From Auanema rhodensis (taxonomy: Eukaryota; Animalia; Nematoda), in the NCBI GenBank assembly GCA_964057225.1, contig OZ059896.1, positions 11,966,001 to 12,030,000 on the forward strand: a stretch of DNA of 64,000 bases, in the 5' to 3' direction. The notes beneath the pieces were generated by a model. That model had not been told where the DNA came from and did not search any database. It saw nothing but the letters and a program-made list of their open reading frames with translations. Shown piece by piece: positions 9,645-19,414 of this stretch. The position numbers and the translations under genes are program-made. The stretch's first letter is position 1. Every line of letters starts with the position of its first letter.

Positions 9645-10869
9645 TTAATTTCATATTTTTAACATAAAATGTAACAACTGTAGAACCATAATTGAATTGC
9701 ATAGGACGACCAAATTCATCTAAATTTTCAATACGTATGGTATCGAGTGTTTGTCTAGTGATTGGTACATAACGAATAGGATTAAATGTTTTGGCAATCA
9801 TGTAATATCCTTGATTTGGATATTAATGTTCCATGTTATTGACCCTTAGATTGATGTGTTGTAAAAGAAACAATAAGATTTGAGGAAGAGAGAAAGATTT
9901 ATTATAAATAAAAAAACATTTAAACAATAAACAAATAAAGATAAAGATAAGTCCGCCAACTGAAGATTCAGTTGAATGGCAAGCTTATATAGCGAATGTT
10001 ATCAGCATTTTCCACGAAAGGTTATAAGTTGTCAATGACAATTATAACTATCTCAGAAAATGCTGAGGCTGCAAAATATAACTGATAACATAATACACTA
10101 AGACAAGAAACTAGAATTATAAAATATAAAATATAAAACACAGAATAAAGAAATACATAAAAATTATAGAAAGAATAAAGTAAAGAATTATAAAGTATAA
10201 CAATCATTTTACCAAATTCAGTAGGAGGTGGTACAGGTAAACATGCAAGCAATATCACAATATATATACATTGTATTAATGTTATTTGAAAAATCATTGG
10301 GACGCCTGGCTATTATTGTATCGTTGATATTTTATTTTCAAAACCAAGAAAATATGCAAAATCATCACAAAGTGTTGCATTCATTAACAGTCGCTTGCTT
10401 GTTACAAACTCTATGCGCTGCAATGTTTTGTTAAACTGAAATGTGGCGTCTGCAAGCATTTCCTCCTCTAGATTAGCCTCAGCCTGGCGATTATTATACT
10501 GCTTTTTTACATCTTCATTTTTATCTTTTAAACCCTTTATACGTGCTTCTCCTCAGCTCCAAGAGGCTTTGTATTGTTGGCGATAAATGATTCTCTTCCA
10601 GCATTGATTCCGCGTATTATTTCATCACCATTTGCATAGTTACCTTTAAGCAAGTGTAGATTAAATTTCCTATTGGAAAAACGTAGTGTATAAAATAAAT
10701 CTTTTTGAGCATTCAATATAGAACAAGGAAAAATGATGTCAGTCAGCCCAATGCAATATCTATTATTGCGAAGCCTTAGTGTTTCAGGTAATCTGGTAAG
10801 AAACACTGATGTTGTATTACTTTTTTCAGAGTCAACTGATGATGGAAGAGTAATGTAAAAATCATCCAT
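9645..10869 (-). pseudogene. Maverick minor capsid protein (penton), disrupted
   Basis: N-terminus MDDFYITLPSS...N..S.F...LP..L.L....IGL.DIIFP, middle MYIYCDI, C-terminus F.PIRYVPI....DTIRI...D.FG....F..G. Split by a solo LTR, a stop and deletions. Confidence 0.82.
9801..10202 (-). mobile_element. Solo LTR, 402 bp, 4-bp TSD ATCA
   Basis: TGT...ACA termini, with ATCA at 9797-9800 and 10203-10206. The empty site TGGCA-ATCA-TTTTACC is present in the paralogous copy at ~17411-17426. TATA and AATAAA lie on the minus strand. Confidence 0.88.
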
Positions 10870-11032
10870 GACAAACCACTACTTGATACGTGTACACTAT
10901 TGCAAATGAAATCATTTGCATTTTAGGTACATTTACGAGTGGTTGATTATGGTTTTCAGCTTCAAACTACCCAGTCAGACAACTGTAATAGGTGCTACCC
11001 AATGCGGTAAAACTACCCTCATAAAGCATATA

Positions 11033-12387
11033 CAGTCCTGTGCGATGAAGGTTGCACACCATGATGTTAGAGGCCCCAGAAAACCACCTCAAACTACAAA
11101 AAAAAATTCGAAAAAATTAATTTGGGTTTCAGGCTGAAGTATCAACATATCGATTAAAATTGAAGTTAAAATGATGTAAACTGAATTTTTTAAAAATAAT
11201 TTAAGTTTAATATTTAAAATATTCATATTTTTGCTTGTTTTGCATGATAAAAAACTAAAATTTATAAATTTAAGATGGCTAGAGGCAAGAAAACTTCCCC
11301 TGAAGTAAGATCCATCATAATCAATATGAAGGAGAAGGGCGTTCCGAAAATAGGCGAAATGCTGTCGATGCCTCCCAGTACCATTCAAAGAGTATGGAAA
11401 GATGTCCAAAAACCATACAAAGTGGATTAGGCTGGTCCAGAAGCATCCAGACATCACATCCATGCAGTTGAGCCAACATCTTCAACGTATGTTTAATATT
11501 ATGCTACATCCCTCCAACGTAAGAAGAAGGCTGTTAGCCAAAAACTTACGGGCCCGTGTTCCTGTGCGAAAGCCGTTGATTTCGGTCAACAACAGGCTCA
11601 AGCGTGTTCAGTTTGCACAAGAGCATCTGAACTGGACCACTGAAGATTGGTCTTCCGTCATTTTCACTGATGAAAGCAAATTTTGCTTATTTGGAAATGA
11701 CGGACCTGGATTCGTCAGAAAGCCACCCAATCAGCGGTACAACCCCAAATACATGCGACCTACGGTCAAGCATGGTGGCGGAAACGTCATGGTTTGGGGT
11801 TGTTTTTGTTACTCCGAAATTGGGCCTCTATTCCGCGCAGAAGGCAGAATGTGTGCAGAAGACTACCAGCACATTCTTCAAGAAGCCTTCATGCCCTTCG
11901 CCATTAACAAGTTTGGAACGAGGAATCGATTTATCCTGCAGCAAGATAACGATCCCAAGCACACGGCTCGATCGACAACGAAGTTCATGGAAGAGAACCG
12001 GCTGAACGTTCTAAATTGGCCCAGCCAGTCTCCGGATCTCAACCCCATCGAGCATCTTTGGAGAGAACTTGGACGAAGATCTTCAAAATACCCATGTTCT
12101 AATAAGGATGAAAAGTTCAGAGTCCTCCGTACACTCTGGAGGGAGATATCACCGGATCTGCTGAAGAAACTCGTGGAATCGATGCCCAAAAGACTTCAAG
12201 CAGTGATTGATAATTTTGGATATCCAACTAAATATTAATAAACTTGTTTAATTAATTTTTAAAATTTTTTTATTGATTCTGTAGTGGTTTTTAACATCCA
12301 AAATATTTTTTTTCGAATTTTCTGTAGTTTGCTTCAAAAGATACGGGGGGATTCTAGTGGGTGTGCAACCTTCATCGCACAGGACTG
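11033..12387 (+). mobile_element. Tc1-family DNA transposon with 28-bp TIRs and TA TSD
   Basis: CAGTCCTGTGCGATGAAGGTTGCACACC at 11033 and its reverse complement ending at 12387. TA at 11031-32 and 12388-89. A second subterminal inverted motif (CAAACTACA...TTCGAAAAAA) is present. Confidence 0.96.
11275..12238 (+). pseudogene. Tc1 DD34E transposase (N-terminal deletion/frameshift)
   Basis: MARGKKTS start at 11275, with a frame change near 11400. IFTDESKF, QQDNDPKH and SPDLNPIEHLW, with 34 residues between D and E. Confidence 0.93.
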
Positions 12388-12862
12388 TATGTGAAAATAC
12401 TGAAAAGTTTTTCAACGTCCCCATTGATAGAATATTCTGGTTCAGTCAATGTGGGTCATCGTCAGGTGTACCAACTTTTTTTCATCGAATAAAGCAGCAA
12501 AGGAATTACTCAACAACATTTTCACAGTATGGGCTCATCACTGGAATTTGGCAGTGTTTAATCTTGTGCAAGCGGCATTTCAACTGGACAGGACCAGTCG
12601 AATCAATAGCACATATATAATACTGATGAAAAGTCATTCAGATATATCACAAATACGTAATTGTCTGCAGCAATTATTTGGGCCACGTTTCAAAAATGGT
12701 CTAGAGGCGTATGATGATGCAATGTCTACTCCCTATAGTCATTTACTGATTGACAATCATCCTTTAACAAGTTAGAAGCAGCGTATACTATCTGATATAA
12801 CAGCGAAGAACCCTTTTGTTTATGTAGCCAGATATGTGTTTAGTGTTTGAAGTGCATGTTCA

Positions 12863-13171
12863 ATGAGTGGTCGTATTTTGTCAAATTTCAACTTTTTGTC
12901 TTCTTGCGCCAAAACTCCTTGTTCTGTTTCCTCATTTTCTTTTGAACAAATTGAAATTATTGTTGAAATTGTATTAAATATTGTGAAAAATAATAATTTT
13001 TTTTCAACTAACAAGGAATATAAAACCCTCTTGCCCATATCTTCATTATTACGTCAAATAGCTTTGATACGCACACCGGAAAAGGCTAAATCATTATTGG
13101 CAACGCTTTCACACAAACAATTGAAAACAATAGTTACATGTGGTATTGCCTATTTTGGTTTTAAATCATGA
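12863..13171 (+). CDS. Maverick small conserved-position ORF downstream of ATPase (hypothetical)
   Basis: 102-aa ORF between the ATPase and the next gene, with an ATGA stop/start overlap. The I.E...N motif resembles Polinton small virion proteins. Confidence 0.5.
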   Translation: MSGRILSNFNFLSSCAKTPCSVSSFSFEQIEIIVEIVLNIVKNNNFFSTNKEYKTLLPISSLLRQIALIRTPEKAKSLLATLSHKQLKTIVTCGIAYFGFKS

Positions 13172-13304
13172 AGCTCAACCATAAATATCGACTAATTCCT
13201 GTCGACGAGGAAACAATTAATATAGACAAGTTTGATGCAGAGCTCAAGCTTTTACGAGAAAATAAAGCTATACCCGATTATAAAAAGGCTGAACTATACG
13301 ATAA

Positions 13305-13696
13305 TGATCATATGCTAGATGATTTATAGTCGAATACTTTATGCATGATACCAATAAAGCAGATGGAGATTTTGAGAGAGAGCACTCCACCAAAGAGTGT
13401 ATTAATAAGACCAATTTGTCTCTGCAAAACTTGTAGGGAATCATTGCAGGTTATAAACGAATATCACTGTTTTAGCCTCTGTATAAAGTGTAGAGAAAGG
13501 AATGATGCGTTGGGTCTTTCGAAGGAATTTTGTCACTATAAGCCCGAAAATTTCTCTATTAATGTAAGCTTGCATATTTATTTATTTTCAATTTTATCAT
13601 TTTTCAGATGCGCTCTTATAACACCATGACGTGCAAGCAATCGTTGAACAATATGGGCTATATTGTTATATATGCAGATGAGGCTACTGTAAAGAC
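13305..13696 (+). repeat. Inverted copy of 16345-16736 flanked by ~277-bp direct duplication (13025-13301 / 13695-13971)
   Basis: The same 94-aa ORF appears at 13345 (+) and 16696 (-). The flanking Maverick sequence is repeated at offset 670. Confidence 0.92.
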
Positions 13697-13837
13697 CGTC
13701 TTGCCCATATCTTCATTATTACGTCAAATAGCTTTGATACGTACACCGGAAAAGGCTAAATCATTATTGGCAACGCTTTCACACAAACAATTGAAAACAA
13801 TAGTTACATGTGGTATTGCCTATTTTGGTTTTAAATC

Positions 13838-14965
13838 ATGAAGCTCAACCATAAGTATCGACTAATTCCTGTCGACGAGGAAACAATTAATATAGACAAG
13901 TTTGATGCAGAGCTCAAGCTTTTACGAGAAAATAGAGCTATACCCGACTATAAAAAGGCTGAACTATACGAAGACTTGATTGCTCGTCTCAAAAACTATA
14001 GAGAAAGTATAGATGCGCCCATATCAGTACAAGTGGAAAATGCTGATCCACCTCTATTGCCAGAATACAAGTTGCCAAGAAAGTATAACAATAGTAGAGA
14101 GCCATGCCGAATTTACTAACCACGTCCCCAAACAGTTGCTAAAAACATACTTTTGAGGGCGTCAGCTGCTAAAAACATACTTTTGGGGGCGTCAGCTGTC
14201 AAAATCATATTTTCGGCGTCAGCTGTGAAAAATATACTTTTCCTCCCGAGGCAGGCTCTCGAGCCTGCGCATGGATCAAAATGCATGATTTTTTTTTAAA
14301 ATCATTTTTAAAATTATTTTTTTAATGTTTTAAAAAAAAATATTTCTTTTTAAATGTTTTTGTGAAATTAATTCGTTCTAAATGTAATTTTAAAATAAAT
14401 TCTTTTTAAATATATTTTTTATAATATTTCTTTTTAAATGTATTTTAATATTTATATATCTTCTCTATTGCCAGAATACAAGTTGCCAAGAAAGTATAAC
14501 AATTTGTGGGAGAAATTTCCAGAGGTGCGCACAAACAAGAGTAATCAACTTGTGATTAATAATGAGGCTGTGCCAAACACCAATATTACGAAAATTTTAG
14601 ATTTTGTATTGGATAAAACAAAAACGGAGCCCAATGGATTTTCAGTCTTGTCAAAGTTTTTAGCTAGTAAAGGCGTATCTAGTTCTAACAAGAAACGAAC
14701 TAGAAGAGAGTCAGCAGACAATGACTCAGTTGACGTTGTAACTAGAGCTGAACCGGCTGTTACAGACTTGGACTCTACTATATTACCTAGAACGCCTCGT
14801 CATCGTAAAGCTGTTATTCGATATTCACCATCACCGGTTCGTACACTCAAAAGTAAAAGGTCAAAGACTTTTGATACTGCCGCCGAATCATATTACACAC
14901 CACGAGAAGGAGACTCACAGAATGGCCAAAGTCGTAAAAGGTTCTACATTAGATTATGGAAATGA
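13838..14965 (+). pseudogene. Maverick hypothetical protein upstream of integrase, interrupted by a 370-bp repeat
   Basis: MKLNHKYRLIPV...LLPEYKLPRKYNN resumes after the insert as LLPEYKLPRKYNNLWEKF, with a basic Ser/Arg-rich C-terminus. Confidence 0.7.
14093..14462 (+). repeat. Interspersed repeat family R1 (internal ~30-bp tandem units, GC hairpin, AT-rich tail)
   Basis: Begins AGTAGAGAGCCATGCCGAATTTACT. Has units of GCTAAAAACATACTTTTGRGGGCGTCAGCT and the hairpin GCAGGCTCTCGAGCCTGC. Other copies at ~21700-22125 (-), 23791-23824 (-) and 24468-24606 (+). Confidence 0.8.
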
Positions 14966-15986
14966 TATTTTGGCTAGCATTTATTACGATATAAAACATC
15001 CAGCTTCATATACATTAGCCAAGAATTTATTATCGCAAGCACGAAAACATGGCATTTCAAACGTACAAGTTGATGATTTTTTGCAAGATTCTGAAACTTT
15101 TACACGGCATAAACCAACCAGAATGCGTATGCAGACTAGAAAAACTAGAGGATGTGGTCGATTTCTAACAGTGCAAGCAGATTTGGTTGATATGCAAAAA
15201 TATAAAAAATTAAACGAGGCTATGCTTACATGTTGACCATGATTGATGTTTATACACGCATGTTATATGTAAGGCCTTTGAAAACTAAAGGTGGTAAAGA
15301 GGTTGCTAGTGCATTTGAAAATTTATTCGAGAATTTTATACCAATTGAGTTGATTACTGATAATGGCACAGAGTTTTATAATAGTCATTGTGAGAAACTA
15401 TTCAAAAAGTTTGCCGTACTGCACGGATCTACAAGTTCACCACAAAAGGCTGCAATGGTGGAGCGAGCAAATAGAACTTTAAAAATACGCATGATAAAAT
15501 ATCTCTATTACAAGAATAATCATCGTTGATATCCTAGATGATTTGGTTGAAGGAATAAACAAACTTTATAATCGGTCAATTAAAATACGGCCCATTGATG
15601 TTAAAGCAAATATATTCATTGAAGAATATGCACCAGCTGTTAAAAGCCGCTTTAAAATTGGTGATACTGTTCGCATGAGCAAAAATAGGCGTACTTTTAA
15701 AAAAAGCTACGAGTCTGGATATACAATGGAGCTATTCACAATTGATGAGGTTGTAACCGGAAACCCAACCGTGTATTAACTTGTAGATTATAATGGTGAA
15801 CGTATAAAAGGAATATTCTACGAACCTGAACTTGTGTTGGCTATTAATAAAAGTAACAAGTACTATATAGAAAAAGTTTTCAAAAAGCGTACTCGAAGCG
15901 GTAAACGTCAAGTATTTGTAAAATGGAGTGGATATCCCAACAACTTTAATGAATGGATAGATGCAGAAATATTAAATTTGGAATAA
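14956..15986 (+). pseudogene. Maverick retroviral-like integrase with C-terminal chromodomain
   Basis: IYYD..HPASY, VQADLVDM, LITDNGTEF, AMVERANRTLK, FKIGDTVR, and chromodomain YYIEKV......VFVKWSGYP..FNEWI. Several frameshifts and stops. Confidence 0.93.
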
Positions 15987-16253
15987 TAATAAATGATTTA
16001 TTTGATATATCGCATAATTTAACAATAAAAAACCAGCAAAAGACAAAACAACAACAATTCAACCTGCAAAAAAAAATGTAGACTATTCAAATTTTCAAAT
16101 TCTTACCAGTTGATTGATCATTCGTCCTCAATTGATGAGCCATTGATGGATATTCGCAAGAGCTAGAAAAAAAATGTTACGACTGAGAATATAAAAATGC
16201 CACATAACAAAGCAAGAATAAAACGCCAATTGTACTATTTGTGCTTGTTGTAG

Positions 16254-16696
16254 TCAAAATGAAGGATCAAAGCGGATAAACATGTTCAGCTTGAGTGCTT
16301 CTGGACTTAGTTTAAAATAGAATATATTCTGCTCATAACCAAAAGTCTTTACAGTAGCCTCATCTGCATATATAACAATATAGCCCATATTGTTCAACGA
16401 TTGCTTGCACGTCATGGTGTTATAAGAGCGCATCTGAAAAATGATAAAATTGAAAATAAATAAATATGCAAGCTTACATTAATAGAGAAATTTTCGGGCT
16501 TATAGTGACAAAATTCCTTCGAAAGACCCAACGCATCATTCCTTTCTCTACACTTTATACAGAGGCTAAAACAGTGATATTCGTTTATAACCTGCAATGA
16601 TTCCCTACAAGTTTTGCAGAGACAAATTGGTCTTATTAATACACTCTTTGGTGGAGTGCTCTCTCTCAAAATCTCCATCTGCTTTATTGGTATCAT
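16254..16696 (-). CDS. Predicted two-exon Cys-rich Maverick accessory gene (~132 aa)
   Basis: Exon 1 is 16696-16478 (73 codons; CLCKTC, HCFSLCIKC). A 44-nt GTAAGC...TTTTCAG intron spans 16477-16434. Exon 2 (16433-16254) is open in phase 0. The 5' end may be truncated. Confidence 0.55.
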
Positions 16697-17495
16697 GCAT
16701 AAAGTATTCGACTATAAATCATCTAGCATATGATCAACTCGCCATTAAAACGTCACCTGCTACATTAGGTGGTCAGTTATGAATATTCCCTGTCACTGTG
16801 AATTATGTATAAGATACACGTTGGAACAATCTGTACCAACACCTCTGTACAAAAAGATTTTGAAACGTATTTCAGTGCCATTCATTAAAGGAATATCTCT
16901 GGAACTAGGCTTTTGTACAATACTAGTCATTATTCCACTCATTATATAAAAGTGAGTTGACTGTGTGTGGTTGTTTTTTATTTTCCTCTAATGAACTTTT
17001 ATGTAACAAGTAATGTGTTACGTGCAAGGAAATGTTTTCATCAACCAAGCATTTTAGTGATCACGTATTGAAAAGACATGACGGGATTCAAACTGAAAAA
17101 AAAACTGAGGAGTTTGTACAGTCAACCCAACCAAAACGATGCCGCTGCAATAGTAGCCGAGAATATTCACAACATGAGCCGAGCATCAAACAAAACAGCG
17201 CTGAACTACCTTTTAAACCTTCGAAAATCGTAATGTGGTCTTGTATAACTGTTGAATAAATCATTTATTTCACAATCTTAAAATGTAATGTAACAACTGT
17301 AGAACCATAATTAAATTGCATAGGGCGACCAAATTCATCTAAAATTTCAATACGTATTGTATCGAGTGTTTGCTTAGTGATTGGTATATAACGAATAGGA
17401 TTAAATGTTTTGGCAATCATTTTACCAAATTCAGTGGGAGGTGGTACAGGTAAACATGCAAGTAAAATAGCTTTCACATTACCAAGAATGCGCAT
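16695..17495. repeat. Second, diverged copy of Maverick segment (protease 3' end, small TM ORF, C2H2 ORF, penton C-terminus)
   Basis: Matches ~9055-9800 at offset ~7640 with scattered substitutions and different indels. It lacks the solo LTR. Confidence 0.9.
16991..17259 (+). pseudogene. Small C2H2 zinc-finger ORF, copy 2
   Basis: 17014-17079 encodes CVTCKEMFSSTKHFSDHVLKRH (C-x2-C-x3-F-x5-F-x2-H-x4-H), preceded by the same TAA as copy 1. Confidence 0.6.
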
Positions 17496-17764
17496 GGTAC
17501 TTATAGGTATAAGTGATGCCGAGGTCAGCAGTTTGATCCTGCTATAGAGCAAAGTTACTTACTTCAATTCAACTAATTTTTTTTCGAAAATTTATTTTGA
17601 TGAATTGTTTCTTTGCTTATGGTTTTGAAGTTTATATTAATAAGAAGTATTTATTTTAAAAAACGGCTAAAAAGAAATAAGTATAAATGAGAGAATTGAG
17701 AAAAAATATTTTTGTGATTTTAGAGTAGATATCATGATGAATTTAAAACAAAATTTTTTCATGT

Positions 17765-18790
17765 TCAAAAGGAACTGGGTTCTCCAAATTTCAGACGAAC
17801 TTTGGACATACGTCTTGGCATGCTGTCTATCACGTAAGAGCAAGTTTCTAACGAGACATTTTCCCATGCTTCGAGTATAGCCACTCTGAGGGTTCTTGTA
17901 TTTTCATACTGTTTTCCTTCAGAATAGATTGGCTTTACTAAGATTCCCCAAAGGTTTTCAATAGGGTCAAGGTCAGGAAAATTGGCTGGCCATGAGAAAA
18001 CATTGATGTTCTTTTGAGCAAACCAATTTTTTGTTGACCTGGATACATGAATAGGAGTATTATCCTGTTGAAAAGTGTAATTTTCTTCAGAATTAGAGGA
18101 TAGAAACGGAATCAAACTCAATTGTAGAACTGCTTGATAATCTTCTGAGTTCATCTTGATTGTTGTGAATTGTAGATGCAGCTTTCCTTTTTTACAAAAT
18201 ATTGCCCAAATCATAACAGAGCCTCCTCCTGCAACACGTTTTGAAAAGTAGCGTGGTTCTTTGCGTAGATCCCTCCAGTAAGCATGTGTACCGTCTGGTC
18301 CGTCTAAGTTGAACTTTTTCTCATTAGAGAATATAATCTATAACAATAAAAAAGAGCTCAATTTATTTTTCATGCGTCTTACTTTGGACCAATCACGGTC
18401 AAAATTTATATCAGCAAAAGTTAGCCACTTAATTTTGTGTGCGGGTGTCAGGAACGGTGCTTTTAACATTTTAGAACGTCTTATATTCTCAGCTTCCTCT
18501 AACAATTTTCGGATGGTCCATCGTGAAACGTTAAGATTCAGAATTCGTCCGATTTCGGTACAGCTTCGCTCACTATTAGACGCAAGACGGATTATACTGC
18601 GTCTGTCACGTTGAATAAGGGTTCGTTTCCTTCCAGATTCGCTTTTCCTACTTTCACTTGTACCACCTAACAGATATCTAGTTATCGTGGATCGAGCTCT
18701 TCCGAGTTCTTGAGTGATTTGTTCATGACTCATACCGAAACGGCGAAAAGAGTCAATTTTGGTTTTTTCCACATCTACCTTAGGGGGCAT
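17765..18790 (-). CDS. Tc3-like transposase, two exons, first catalytic Asp replaced by Asn
   Basis: HTH N-terminus from ATG 18790. A 45-nt GT-AG intron (18382-18338) follows WSK. Exon 2 reads IIFSNEKKFNLDGPDG, YWRDLRKEP, FQQDNTPIH and PDLDPIENLWGILV, closely resembling C. elegans Tc3A as I recall it. TIRs were not resolved. Confidence 0.9.
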
Positions 18791-19090
18791 TCTGTAGTCA
18801 AAACATGAGGTTTTCAAAAAAATAAAAAATGAAATCTAACCTTGATTCACAGCAAAAGTTATCAAGTTATGTTTTAGAAACAATAATCATTTTTTTAAAA
18901 AAGCATCATTTAGCCAAAACATTTTTACAAGCATGTTTTACAATCGTTTTTTTTATTATTATGTGTATATTTTATGATACTATTTATGGTTATTATATAA
19001 AAAAATTTGCTTTAAAAATAACGAAATTATTATGAAATTTAACATATTTTAATGAACAAAACTTTTGCCATGTGGTTCTTGTGTGGGTCA

Positions 19091-19240
19091 GTACACCTGT
19101 TTTAACGATCTTATCGAATTAACCTTCGATATGTGTTCCATTATCTTTTGTATTTCATATTGTTCTTATCGAATTAACCTTCGAAATGTGCTCCATTGAT
19201 TTACCCATAAGAGGTACGGTGAACAAAATGGTTCGCCTAG
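19091..19240. repeat. Interspersed repeat family R2 (TTATCGAATTAACCTTCGATATGTGTTCC units)
   Basis: Unit repeated in tandem here, and again at 22126-22326 (partly inverted) and 23825-23935. Confidence 0.7.
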
Positions 19241-19414
19241 AAAAACAACAAACTTTCAAAAGTTAATTTAAAAACTATAATAAACACAAACTATGAACCA
19301 TGTAAACTATAAACAATGTAAACAAATAAAATTAAGAAATAAATATGTATATAAAATGTATCTTATCGAATTAACAATGAACATATTGATTAGCTTTTAT
19401 ATATATATATATTA

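Larger units (their letters stand above)
10949..12850 (+). pseudogene. Maverick packaging ATPase (A32/FtsK-HerA family), split by Tc1
   Basis: Walker A GATQCGKT. Removing the Tc1 restores KHI-CENTEKFF. Downstream are FTVWAHHWN...LVQ, RTSRINSTY and EAYDDA...PYSHLLID. The Walker B region appears deleted near 12472. Confidence 0.88.
7787..17500. mobile_element. Degraded Maverick/Polinton (adintovirus-like) with partial tandem duplication
   Basis: Clustered capsid, core, adenain, penton, ATPase and chromo-integrase genes, most disrupted. No pPolB or TIRs were seen in the window. Confidence 0.9.

Noticed and set aside
10022-10297. 91-aa hydrophobic ORF
   Set aside because: It is a chimera of a penton fragment reading into the T-rich solo LTR.
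17500-19095. TIRs for the Tc3-like element
   Set aside because: I could not match sequence left and right of the transposase as inverted repeats.
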